Part shown: piece after piece, positions 12,549-25,054 of the stretch
Layout: each line of letters begins with the position of its first letter
Numbering within the stretch: position 1 is the stretch's first letter
NCBI GenBank assembly: GCA_965178125.1
Contig: OZ237753.1
Span: 1,054,001-1,099,322, forward strand
Reading direction: 5' to 3'
Length of the DNA stretch: 45,322 nt
Origin: Bilabrum cf. latius
Taxonomy: Eukaryota
The notes under the pieces: generated by a model
The model's input: the letters and a program-made list of their open reading frames with translations, nothing else
Told to the model about the DNA's origin: nothing
Databases searched by the model: none
Translations under genes and position numbers: made by a program

Positions 12549-15215
12549 TCAAGGGCTCCAAGCCAGCATGTGGTCGTCACCCATCGCGGCAAGTTTACCG
12601 CAAGCGCGCACCAGAGTGTCAACTGCCGCAAGGCCAAGCCCCCCACCTTGCTCGCTGGCAGCCGATTTGCCCGCTCCCACGGCATCGTGAATGTCCTGCA
12701 GCGGCACTTGAGTGGGCTCCGCTTCATCGCTCTGCTCAGCAAGCGCGATGCCACTCACGCTCCCGTCTTCGCCCCGGTCGAGCCGCGCCACCAGCCTGAA
12801 CTGTACCATATCGCCTCTTGCCACCGCCTGCACCACGTGCTGAGGCTGGCTGCCGTCCTTGTTGGGCTTCCCAAATGCGTGTGCGATGATTGGGCACAGC
12901 GTCAGTGCAGTGGGGTCCACTGCCGGGGGCTGGGAGTCTTGCGTGTCGCTAGCAGTTCCCTTGGGTAGCAGCTGCTAGTCTGCCCATGCGCGCAGCTCGG
13001 CAGTCTCACAGACAGCCAGCTCGCACACCATTCGCAGCATCTCCGCTTCCCTCTCCGGCTCTAGCAGCTGCGAGGGCAGGTGCCCCTCGAGCGCGGGGAA
13101 GGTGCCCCTGGTGCCGGTGGCTGCATCCAGCCCTCCCTGCCAGTGGCCTGCGTGAAACACCAGCCGGCGCTCGTCTCCAGAGCTGGGGTCGAACGACACC
13201 AGGACGAAGAGCCGAGCCTGCCCGCCCGCGGATCCACCCTTCCCTGTTTCCTGTCCTCTTTGAATCGTCAGCCGGAGCACCCTGCTACCTCCTGCGCGCT
13301 GGTGCTGGGCGCTGCGGTCCAGCTGCCCTGGGTTGCCCATTGCAGACTCTTTCTCGTGCACGAGGGCGCGGCCCAGGGCAGTCTGCACTGCGACCGGATC
13401 CAGGCCCCTTGCCCGTGCCAGCTCCTGCCGCAGGGCCTTGCTGCAAGCCACGCTAGGTCCCATCGGAGCCTCCCTGGTGGCTCGAGCCAGGACGTGACCC
13501 ACCGGTTGCGGGGCATCCGGCGCATCGGACGGAGCCACAGCGGCTTGCGATGCAGTCCGGCCACGCGATGCGTCATTTTCTTTCTTTCCATCTTCTAGCC
13601 CAGGCGCCGAAGCCTTGTCATCTCCTGCGTGGCCATCGGCCGCTCTAGCCTCCAGGACGAGCTGCAGCGAGTCACCTCTCGCCTGACTGACGCGGATCCT
13701 TTCGGTAGCTCGCAGCAGCAGCGGCAGCAGCCGAGCCTCCGCCCACGTGTCTACACGGTCCATGGAATGTCCGCCTCCCGCTCCACTGCCCACAATGGCC
13801 GCCACTGCCTATTCGATGGGCATCACAACTGGGCTGAAGTCGGGGACTGCAGCCTCGCTCAGCACTGGGCCAGAGGGGTCGCTCCTGTCCAGCGAGGCGT
13901 GCAGGCAAAAGGACACAGAGGCGCCCTGGCAGCGCCCTTCGACGATGTACCCGCCGTCCAGACTCATTCCGCGCGACAGCACAGGGGCAAGGCACAGGGC
14001 CCCGCGCCCCGCCGCCGCTGCATCTCGCGCGGCCTCGCCCAGCGCTGCCTCGTCATGGTCCCCGTTGCCCCACACCCTCTCGGCGTACCCCAGCCGCATC
14101 TCGGCGAGATGACGTACCAGCACGTGTTCTGCCTCTGGGGCCAGCAGGCTCTCTGGCACGGTGCCCCTGAGGCCAACCACCAGCGTGGACACCGCCCCCG
14201 CCTCGCCCTGCGCGTGCGTTGTGCTGTGGAGATCGTCCTCGTCCTCGTCCCCGCCACCCTTCGCACTGCCAGATGGCTGCAGAGCAGCGGCTTGTCGGAG
14301 CTGTTTGATCTGCTTTTGGACAGGGATAGACCCCGGGGCATTTGTCGCTAGCAGGGCCCTCGAGGTCTGGGTGGTTGGCTCGAAGGTGTGCAGGATGTAC
14401 ATCCGCACTCCGGACGATTCGTGGCCGGAGGAGCCGCCTGGATCTGCATCACCTGCCCCTAAAATTCCGCCATACATTTCTAGCTTCCTAGCATCGGCTT
14501 CATCCTCCAAAATGATCTTCTCTGCTGTCACTATCACCGTTGGATCTGACTCCTGCGCTCTAGCCTGCGCAGCTACTTGCGACTCGCCGCGCTTGCGCGC
14601 TTCTACTGCAGCTGCAAGGTCAGCCATCATCTTTGCTGCAAGTTCGTCTCCGTCGTCCGCTATCTCTGCTTTTCCGGATGCCTTTCGCCCTCTCTCGCGA
14701 GCCAATACTTCCGTCACTGCTTTCGAATTAGCCACCAGGCCACGCATTCCATCGGACCGGTGGCACCTAAACAGAAACGTTTTTGCTCCCTGGCCGCTCT
14801 GACGGGCTGCTGCTTCGACCATTAGGGATCGGGTGGACATGGACGGCTGTGGAAGACGGCTGGCCCGTGGCCTCTCGCCACTCCCGTCGTCAGAGGCGTT
14901 CCCCTTGCCAGTGGTAGCGTCCTCCAGCACATCAATTATGTGTGGAGTTGGATCAGACGAGGGCGCTGCCTCTTGTGTCTGGACGGCAGCCATGTTCTTG
15001 CTTGCCACCGCTTGCGATTTAACAGATGGCGCGACTTGGTTTGACTTGGGGCGCTAGCCCTAACTCTAACTCTCATTCCCTGAAGTATCTTCCAACTTAG
15101 GGATGGGAGACGACCCACAGATACCCATTAACCCTAGCGCTGCTGTGTCTGTGAAGCGTCGAAGTTCTTTATTAATAAATGCTTTTCCGTTGCGGGTGTT
15201 GTCTTCATCTTTCAT
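12549..15215 (-). CDS. Hypothetical protein (~890 aa); start uncertain
   Basis: Track ORFs 15066-15251, 13809-15008, 12975-13805 and 12549-12920 form one frame linked by TAGs (15066, 15060, 15054, 13809, 12975); ends TGA. Confidence 0.65.
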
Positions 15216-15353
15216 TAAAGGCGAAGGTCGCACCGTGTGGTGACCAGGCAAGATCTCAGCTAGGTATAGTCAGCTAGGGTTAGGGGATGTCGCGAGATTT
15301 AGCCGGACAAAAGCAGCACGAAATCCCTCCACAACCATCATAACCGTACCAGC

Positions 15354-18300
15354 TCACTTCATAGGCTTAGGCGTGCCGCAGTGCTACACTGGTGGCAGCA
15401 CGGTGTGGCTTAGAGTACGCTCTACGCCACCGCTGGTTTGCACACGAACGCCCACCCAATCCACGACCTTATACACCTTTGGCTAATCCTGCAGCGCGAT
15501 ATCCTGCTCATCGCTACCAGAGCTATCATGGATAACTTCTGGCATGGTTGAGACGGCAGTTGCAGGCCCTCCTTGCTACATCCCCATCTCGAGGCCCAGC
15601 GGCACCTCTGCTGGGGCAGTAGATACTGCATCCCAACGACCACAGCACCCACACGACACGAAGTACAGGAACCTGTCCCAGCATCCAGGCTCCCCGTCTA
15701 CTCCCGAGGCATGCCTCCCAGATCCAGCTCGATACCCGCCGCTTGCAGCAGCTGATTCTGCGTGCTGGGCTTGTGGTGGTGGGGAACCTGCGACGAGACG
15801 GCCCGGGGGTTCGTCGACCTGCCCATCAACCTGCCCGTTGATCTGCCCTGGCAGCAAACCGATCCCAACCCCCTGTGAGTCCACTGGTACCCGATGCAAC
15901 GATGCTTCTATCGCATGCTGGCCGACTTGAAGCTGAGCCGCAAGCTGCGGCCTTGTCGTTTCCGCACCCCCAGCATGCCGTCTCTTCCTGGCATGCGGTC
16001 CTGTGAGGTGCAGATCGTCCAACGCGGTGGTGGTGGTGGTGGTGGTGGTGGCTGTTTCTCCTTCTGCGCGCGGCCCTGTCTCTACCTGTGCTCCTGAATT
16101 GCCTCGTCCGCTCATTTTTTCATCGATTCCAGTCCACACTTCCGGACAGTTGGCCAGCGTGCCGTACCGCGACAGCCAGTCTGCAAGGCGGTCCGCCGAC
16201 AGTACAGCCCGCTGCTCGTCCATGCCAGCGCTAGCATCGGTTGCTGTGCAATCTGCTGAGGCAGCTCCAGCCACTCGCTTTAGTTCCCGCTCGATGCGTT
16301 GCAACTCGCCCACCAACGGCAGCTGGGTGCGACTGAGACGCGTGTGATCAACCTCAATCGGTGCATGGCAGCCGGCAAGCAGAACCGGGTGCTACGGTGG
16401 ATCTGCACACTACGCTCCGTCTCTCGAGTGCGGTGTTGGCCAGGCCCACTCGATGGCAGTCACGTTCTCTCCGCATGTCACGCCGTGAACTACCGGGGCG
16501 CAGGACTGCCCAGCAGCGTGAATCTCGAATGGCCGTGAGTATGCCTCCGCGGCCCCGCACTGCAGATGCAGGCGCACTGGTCTCTTAATGCGCAAAACAG
16601 TATCTGATTCCTCCCGGCCCGTCGGTGCGTCCATTTCTGCTGCATCCACATCGCCTGGGTTAACCATCGTGCGCAGCCATCCGGGCGACCCAAGCCGAGG
16701 CAACTTGGACGATGTGGTTCCCCACACATACAGGTCCCCGCTCGCAGACACCGCAGCAGAATGGTGTGTTGATGTACTCATGTCAACGATCCGGACCGGG
16801 GGCCCTTCTGAGCTGCCTCCGCCGAGAATGTGCATCGGAACACGCTGACGCCCAGCCCCCATCCGCTCCCTCTCGTGCGAACCACTGCGAGCTACTGTGT
16901 CGCCTATTCGTTCGTCATCGCTGGATGCTCCGAGTGTGGCAGCTTGGTGCGACTCCTGTGGGACAGCTCCCGTGGCTCGGATACCCCAAGCAAACAGTCT
17001 GCCGGTGTCGTCGAGGGCGAGCGTGTGGGTTGGGCCGCAGCACACTTTCCTCACTTTGGGAGACCCACTGCCTGTACGATCTGCACCGGCTGCAGCCTCC
17101 ACTAGCGGTAGCTCAACCCGATGGGGAGTCATCGTGTTGATATCCCGCCCATCATCCGTTGTAAAGCACAGAGTGCCATCCATATTGCTGCCCCACGTGT
17201 ACAGCCGCCCATCCCGTGTCACGCATGCTGCGTGCACCCGGCCCATCGAGGCTTGCACAACAGCACAACCCTCCTCCATGCCCCCGCCTGCATGCACATT
17301 GACTTCCTCCAGCCGCTTCACGCTCCTCACATCAGTGCTTAGGCCGAGCTAGCCGTGGCTATTGCGGCCGGCAGCAAACAGTCGGCCGCCCCGCGTCCAG
17401 ACGAGGCTCGAAGCTGGCCCGCAGGACACGCCGACCGCCCGCAAGGAAGGATCATCGGGGACCCCCTCGGCCCACGCGCAAGACTTCCGAGTACCGCCCG
17501 CTCCACCCAGCGCCCGAGGCCCCCACTCCACGGCCACGTCGACAGCAGCAGCTCCTTCGCTCTACGTGCAGCCCTCTTGATCGATCGGGGCTGCAGCATC
17601 GGCGCTGCCGGCAGCCTGGCCGCCCCGACGAGCCGCCTCTACGCGCTCGGAACGATCAAGTCGGCTGCGCTTAAAGAATCGCGCGGAAGGCACCACCGCA
17701 GGAGTGATCACTCGGCCCCCAGTGTCCATGCCCATCGCGCCGTCTCGGGATCGGCCCCAGGCCCATAGTCGGCCCAGACGGTCTGTTGCAAGGGTGTACT
17801 CGTGTCCACAGGATACAGATGTAAAACCGACCGGTTGGGAAACCTGGGCAGCTACAATCTACGGAAAGCAGGCGGTACGGACTGGCGGGCTCGCCAGGCT
17901 GTCTCCAACAGGGCCGTCGCTCGAAGCTTCTGTGGGAACCGCAAGTAGGCGCTCGAGCTACTGCCTATTGATACTCAATTGCTTGAACACGTGAGAGACT
18001 CCGTCTCCCAGTTGCCCGTTTAATCCATTCCCACAGCAATACAGACTACCGCCTGCGTCTTCACTGCCACCCGAATGAATCTATCCGCCTGAACCAGGCT
18101 GATTTAATGTCGAGAGAACCAACAAAGCAGAATGGTTGAGGCCAATCTCAACCTAAATTCTTTGGCGGCGCGCATCACCACTGGCAGCAGCTGCGTCGGT
18201 TGCTCTTGAGTTGCCTTGATTGTCTTGCCGCACCTATAGCCAGCCAGGAGGCGCTGTCACTGGACATGGTACGCTACATGGTAGACCAGTTCCAATGATG

Positions 18301-18461
18301 TCACTTTGCGCACCAACAGAGCTCAAGAAGGAGCTACACGGCCTGGTTTCTGCGGGTCCATGCGCCAACCAAGAAACTGCAATGTCCTCGGTAGAATCAT
18401 TTTTTCGTACAAAAGAGAAACCAAATCGTAAATAGTCAATTCTTTCTAAATCCGCTTCCAT
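15354..18461 (-). CDS. RCC1-repeat (RLD) beta-propeller protein with a C-terminal extension
   Basis: Repeats GSLYCCGNGLNGQLG, VSCGHEYTLA..GRLWAWG, GRLFAAGRNSHG-TAG-LG, GRLYTWGSNMDGTL, VCCGPTHTLALDDTGRLFAWG, GDLYVWG in one frame crossing multiple TAGs; ends TGA 15354-15356. Confidence 0.82.
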
Positions 18462-18748
18462 AAGCTCTAGATCTTTCAGGTCGGGCCTCTATAGTACATA
18501 TCGAATCCATCGGTGCGCCGGTTGCAACCACTTATCTGCTTGAGCTTGATGAAGATGAATGCAACAAACATCAACTCACAACTTCAACTGTTACCTCCTG
18601 CTCAAGCTCCTTAGAGAAGCATATTAGTCGCGTTGGTGGATCCATCATGTAGCGTAAGTGCAAGAAATTGAGCATCTTTCATCCATTCCTGCCTGCAGGC
18701 GAATCAAGATGCCCCAGCTTGCTATTGCACCCAGTTGGCAAGATTGAA

Positions 18749-20715
18749 ATGTATCTCCAACTGGCACCGGTCCGCGCAGAGAACTCATCCACGTTGGAAG
18801 CTGCATTAGCAATGGCTTTACAAGAAGGTTCCGGCACGGGTGCCACATCTGGTCGAGGTGGTGCCATGAGCAGCTCGCATGCTACCGCTGCAACTGCGAA
18901 TGATGCAGCAAGCACATTGGCGTAGCAGCTCGTGGCTGGCAGGCAATTGCTTTCGGTGAGTCCTTCCCATACAGGTATACGAAGCCTTGAATGCAATCGA
19001 GCACAACTTTACCGTCTGTATGGATGCCTCTCACGCCGCAGTCTAGTGCACCTGCAAACAGCTTGGCGCCTGCGGATACTACGGACCGAACTGGTCGTCT
19101 GGGCCAGAGCAGTACGGGTGCATATATGAACACAGTGCCGCCTATTGCTGCGCAGATGCCCAACTAGGCTGCGACAACCAACCAAGCAACTGCGCGTGGA
19201 GGCGCAGGGTCATCGGCAGCCACCGCACCATTTCAAGGCGGAATACGGGCAAGTGGCTCCTCTGCACGAGCTGTTTCCACAGGGCGGCCTGCTTCCATAT
19301 TTACCGGCGGCGGTGCCATATCAGCGAGTCCGTCTGCAATGGTGGCGCCGAACGTGGCAGGCTCCCCGGGTGTGCAGCTCTCCGGTAGAGGTGGGCGAGT
19401 AGAGTCCTGGTCAGGGACGACGCACCGACCACTAATCGGGCAGGCTTCATTGGGCCCGTCTGAGAGTGGGCCCAGATCCACTGCTGCCCCGGGCCTTCCA
19501 TTGCGAGGATCTCGCCAGTCCTCGCGAAGGACCAGTCGAGCCTCCAAGCAGGCGCAGCAGCAACAACAGCAACGGCAGGCAAGGGGTGCGAGCCAGACAG
19601 CTTCCCGCGCGCCCGCCCATGCAGACGTAGGCACGCGGACACCCCGATCTACCGCGGGTGCAGCCGGATCCAGCACCGGTGCCAAGCCGATGACCGGTGC
19701 CCCGTCCTCCTCCTCGTCGACCTCGTCCACCGCCAGGCACCCTCCCGCTCAGGGACCGGACTAGCACGCACATGCGGGGCTTGCGACAGCCAGCACAATG
19801 CACTCCACCCAATTTCGACTGACTGCCCCGCAACTTGCTTCGCCTGCTGGACAGACTGGCATGCAAGGCCAATTCGGGCTGCAGCCGCTGGCCAGCTCTG
19901 CCTCGCTGCCACCTGGCCCGGCACGTGAGGCTCTGAAGCAACTCGAGGCGAGCGAAATCGAAAGACAGCGCAAGGAGGACCGCCGAAAACGCATGCAGCA
20001 GGTCGCCGCTAAGCACATGGAGAAGGCCCGGCCCACTGCGGTAGGTCCCGCCGGTGTGCTGGCCATGCACCTCAGCAAGCGGCTAGTGAAGAGATAGAAG
20101 GACTCCGAGAGCCAAGCGGCGCAGCGTGCAATCGATAGGTTACGTTAGATGGAGCAGGATGGATTTGGCCTGCAGCAGGTTTTGCGAAAACTGGTCGAGA
20201 GCGGGTGCATGGACGCAGCCAGCCGGGTGTGCGTTCAGCTCGGTGTGCGCAAGAGTGAGACCCGTAAAATCGAGAGAGAGGCCGTGGACGCGGCTCGCAG
20301 TGCCTCCGCAGGCTCTGATGGAGCAAAACTGGATGCTGCAGACGCCGCGGGCGATACCAAGCCAGCCAGCGGAGAAAAGGGCAGCAGCAGCAGCAGCAGC
20401 AGCCAGCAGGGCCAGTCTCCAGAGAGCTCAGAGGCTTACCGCGCCGCATACATTAAGGCAGCCAGGTAGAGAATCGAGCAGCTACTATCCGATGAAGCTG
20501 CCGATGCAGTCATGGACAAGGAACCCCCTATCCTGCCTGAGCTGCCGGAGGGCGCGTAGGAAGTGGCACCGACCTGGCTGGCGGGGGCGTCCGTGCTGCC
20601 TCTCAAGCACATCCTGGTGCTGGTGGCTCGAATGGCGCAAGCTGCTGTTGCCGCTCTTCCATAGGAACCAACAGCCGACGCTGACAACGGCTCGCGGGCT
20701 GAAACATCGGACTGA
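18749..20715 (+). CDS. Hypothetical Ala/Ser/Gln-rich protein; probable intron 18956-19041; start uncertain
   Basis: Track ORFs 19339-19764, 19798-20097 and 20149-20469 form one frame joined by TAGs, ending TGA 20713-20715; a phase-compatible GTGAGT...CAG intron links the upstream exon. Confidence 0.55.
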
Positions 20716-20841
20716 TGACCATGGATTGGGCGGTGGATTGTTGACTGGTTCAGTAATATTGAGCATCAGGCCGGCTGTCATTGATACTAGCCCTCGTGTC
20801 AAATCCACATATCATAGTATACGTATTTGGTGCTCATATCA

Positions 20842-21482
20842 TTACGATGACGCGGCTGCCTCGGAGGCGCCCCCAGCAAACAGGTACGAGTACTTGTCGG
20901 ATGCCAACTGCACGAGCCCGTTGTAGCTCTCCATGTCAAGCTTGGTGCCCCATTGGCTTGACGCCTGCTCCTCAACAGAACCGTCTGCAGATGCGGTACC
21001 GATGATCTCTACGATTGAATCTCTGCGAAAGACGGTTGGAAACTCTGGGCGGCAATCGAATCGATTCGGCAGCAAAAAATCCGTCTTGCAGCCGTTCTAC
21101 ATGCGACGCCTCACGCTGGAAAAATTGATGTTGACTACGTCTTTACATTTACATCTTGGCCGTCCTGCACAGCTTGAAAAGAGACGCTGGGGTGCGATTT
21201 TCGAGCTGTCACATTTGCTCGTGGTGCAACTCAGCTTGTGCAAGTCGATCTCACGGAAGCCTACAGTACTGCTTGTCCAGCTTCAGATGACCTAACTTTC
21301 CCAACCAAAATTACGGGCTTGCCAGCGAATGCAGCCACCATGCTCCCGTTCACGCGAGGAGCGCCAGGAAAATCAACCTGCGCAGTGTTGAGAGACGATG
21401 AAACGTACTACACCAAACACTTTGCGATTTTAGCGTAGAAATAGGTATCATAATCAAATATATTGCTGCATACCTCCACCAT
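20842..21482 (-). CDS. RPA3: Replication protein A 14-kDa subunit (RPA3), about 3 introns
   Basis: APRVNGSMVAAFAGKPVILVGKV, VL-TAG-AS|DGQDVNV, IVEIIGT, LDMESYNGLVQL fit the RPA3 OB-fold pattern; ends TAA 20842-20844; exon borders partly approximate. Confidence 0.75.
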
Positions 21483-21669
21483 AGTAGTTTGAAGTGCCGG
21501 AAAGAGTGGCGATTGTCCGCAAGAGAATTCAAACTAGAGCGACGTGGTGTGATGAGTAGCTCGGATTGTGCATTCAAAATGTCAAAAACAAGTTGTGGCT
21601 GGCGTGGTGGCTGGCTGGAGGCAGCATGCATTGCGGGAACAGCGCCACAAACTTGTCCAATTGCATGCA

Positions 21670-24600
21670 TCACACAGGCGGCAGGGAGCTGCCATCCTTC
21701 TTCTCGGCCAGATTTCTCCCCGGTCGCTATCCAGTGGCTGGGGATGCACTTCCCGGAGGGGCCCGTGGTCCGGCCCTACCGGAGCCAGCGGCAGGCAGCG
21801 GACTGGCACCCCTGCTTCCAGGGCCGTACGAACCCGACTCAGCCCGCGAGGCGCCGTCCCTGTCCATGCTGGCGCCCGACTGAGTCACTGGACGGTTGAA
21901 CACCTGCCCGTTAGGAAGCCGCTTGGTCTCGGCCATGACTGTCTTGGACTCGTCGCCCTGCTGCAGCAGCAGCCTTACCCGCGATGGAGTCTGTTGCGCA
22001 GGGAACTGCCCGGTCGGGAGGTGCTGCGGGGGCGGTTCCACCATGGGGTCGATCACCGTGCTGCAGGACAGGCACCTCATGTCCCTAATCGGCTTCCCGG
22101 CGAAGAAGGCCCAGTCGCTCTCTCCCTACTTGCCCTTGAGCTAACTTAGCTCCTGCTGCAGCCGCCGCAGCATCCTCGACAGCTGCGACACCTCGGTACG
22201 GTCCGCCTTGGACCGCACGTCTCCCTCGTGCGCGAGCCCGTGCAGCCCCTCCCGATCCACTTTGCTCTCGATGGCGCCCCACAGCCGCTCCAGCTCCTCG
22301 TCATCCACCGGAGAGGCCGCCGCCGAGGAGCTCGCCGCAGGCCCACCCGCCCCTCCCGCCAGTGACGAGTTTGCGAGGTTGGTCATCTGCTCGCGGAGAG
22401 CGGAGGACTCGTCGGACAGCTTCTGCTCAGCGCCAGCTGCGCGATCCTGCGCCTCGCGTGCCGTGCGCAGTGCATCTGCGAGCTCCGCGTGATCTGCCTT
22501 GTGGCGGGCTCGAGGGGCTGCCGTCTCGAGCAAAGCCTACAGGCCCTGCATGGCACCCTCAACGCTGCTGGAGGGATTCACGCCGGACCCGCCTCCTTGC
22601 TTCCCACCCTCAGCGGCCCCCGTAGCACCTGCGAGCCCGTCCGTCTCTGCATTCGCCTAATCCCGCTCGCTCGCTGCCTACGACACCTGCTTGGCCTGCT
22701 CGAAGGCACCCTTCCACTCGCGGGTGGCCTCGCCCACCTGGTCCTCGGGAACCCCTGCCATGCGGGCTGCCTGCGCGCCCACCTCGGAGAGCGCCCGGCC
22801 AAGCGCGGCTTCGGCCGTTTCAAGACCGGCCACGCGGCTGGCAATCGCATGCACACGCCCGGCAAGCCGAGCGTGCGACTCACCGCCCGCGCCGCCGTTC
22901 GAGCCATCTCCGGCGGCGCCTTCCTCCAGTCGCGCCACCCGCCTCCCAAGCGCGTCAACGTCCGACGACGCCTGGCCCGCCTTGTCGCTTGCAGATCGCG
23001 CGGCATCGGCCGCCTGCGAAGAGGCCCGGTCGGCCCTGTCCGCCTTGGCCCTGATATCTGCCAGCGAGGCACGAAGCTCGTCCAGCCCTGAGCTGTCCCC
23101 CCTGCTGCGCGTGGGCAGCTGTGCCTGGCCTGGGCTCGCAACCCCAGAACCATCGTTACCACCGGAACTGTCCCGCTGGTTGCTTTTGAATGCATCGAGC
23201 GCCTACCGCAGAGCTCTGACGTCCTCCACGCACCTGCCTGCCTCTTCCTTCGCCTCACGGGCCACTCGCAGGGCTTCGCCTGCGTCTGCCGAGGAACCGC
23301 CTTCGCTCTTTTCCGTGGCGCTGGGCACTCGCTGCCGAGCGTCTCTCTCAAGAGCATCCATCCTTCGTTCCAGTGCTTGCAGCCTGCTAGCAGCTGCAAC
23401 GGCCCCTGCATCCCTCGAGGGCGCAACGGCGGAGGCGGAGGAATTGCTGCCATCGGAGCCAGCCGAACCATCGGCCCCCGTGGCCTGGATCTGGGTCTCG
23501 AGCGTCTCCAGTCTAGACTCGGCAGCACGCAGCCTCTCCTTCAGCGCATCTGCGTCCTTCCTTGCAGCCCCCGCGGCCTCATTCGCCTCCCGCAGCTTCT
23601 CGAGCGCCTCGGCGCCCACACCGGCCTCCTCTCGAGCTGCCTCCTCGCTCGAAGGTTCGGCACCCCCATCCCCATCCCCATCCCCCACACTGGCACCATG
23701 GTCTTCCACACTCGCACCAGCCCCAGCCCCCGCAGCCTCCAGCTCGCTGACCCTGGACCTGAGGCCCTTCACGAGCCGCTCCAGCACCTTGATGCGGCCA
23801 AGCACGCTGCCAGCCGAGGCAGGCCGGTCCATGCTCGAATGAGAACCGCGAGACTCCCGACCACTAGGCAGATCAAGGGTCATTCCATCGCCCCCTGCCC
23901 CGCCCAGGTCCCGCAGATCCACTCGCATCCTCCGCCGGTCGTCTCCTGGCTCCCCGACACCCCCCTAGGCCTAGTCAGACGCGCCCCCGTCCGCGCCTGC
24001 CTCGCCATCGCCGCCCCTCGCTGCTCCTCCTTCTGCATCCAGGCCCGTACCACCGCTTGCTTCAACAACAGCAGATCGCTCCAACTGCTCTGCGGCTGCC
24101 TGCAGACCGTCTTTGCCGCCCTTGCCACCTTTGCCCGGCGCGTCGCCAGCAGCGCCTGCATCGGCCCCTTCGCCATGCCTGTCCGCCGCCTCCTTGCTCT
24201 CACCTGCCCCCGAGCCAGCAGCACCATCCTAACCTGCAGAATCCGACTTTGCAGTGGGTCCACGGGCCCTCGGGGTGAAGGCGCTGGGGGTCGCCTGGCC
24301 ACTGGCCGACGCAGCTACCGAATCGGGGCCCTGTGGCACCCCGAATATCACCCGCTCCGAGTCAGAAATTCGCTGCAACACGTCATCCATAGGCGACGCT
24401 GCTAGGCGGATGCCATCTACACCTGTCGCATCACCAGCAACTCCGGGTTCATGATCGGCATCCGTCTGCTGCACCTTGGCTTCGCGTGACGACCTGCGGT
24501 TCGGTGGGAGCAGCGTGATGGAGTTTGCACCCGGCAATATCGAATTCGAAGCATGGATAAAATAATTACGCTGCCTTCATATCAAAGACGGGTGGAACAA

Positions 24601-24906
24601 AACCAAGTGCCCACGTGGACTACAGCTCCCAAGGCTGCACACCGACAGGTGCTGGGTCCCTTCAACATTGCAGCTCTCATTTGCTGCACCCATTACACCG
24701 AACCAGAAGGTGCATGCCGTATTGCACTGCCAAAAAATATCTCACAGTTTTGGGCAGCCTGGGGTGTTATCAAGTCGGTCCTTTTGGTCCTTCACTTGCT
24801 GCAGCAGTTTCGCAAGGATCGCCTTCAGGGGATCGTAGGACAGCAGAGAGTTCAGATCAAACTCTTGTTCCTGTGGACTGGTGTCATCAACTTTCTACTC
24901 TGACAT
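21670..24906 (-). CDS. Long coiled-coil protein with a DUF4795-like (QRICH2/C16orf96-type) C-terminal CLSC motif; 5' exon structure uncertain
   Basis: One frame from ~24537 to TGA 21670-21672 through many TAGs; KADRTEV...AFFAGKPIRDMRCLSC; probable first exon MSE-TAG-KVDD...FDLNSLLSYDPLKAILAKLL from 24906. Confidence 0.6.
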
Positions 24907-25054
24907 ATCTCGCACAGTTGCTTGAAACAACCTCCTAGGTCTGCAAAGAGCCAATACACCAAAAATATTTCCGCTGAGGATTTTGCGCGGCGCCACTGGA
25001 ACCACGGCCGGTTCCGCAAGCAGAAAAAAAATCACATTCTTGCAGAGCATTCCA

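Noticed and set aside
15054-15286. Telomere-like words CCCTAACTCTAA and TAGGGTTAGGGG
   Set aside because: Only 1-2 units; the first is explained by TAG/Gln codons in a coding frame
252-24405. Long antisense ORFs (e.g. 252-1286, 5847-6731, 22691-23842, 23377-24405)
   Set aside because: Shadow ORFs of GC-rich coding sequence on the opposite strand
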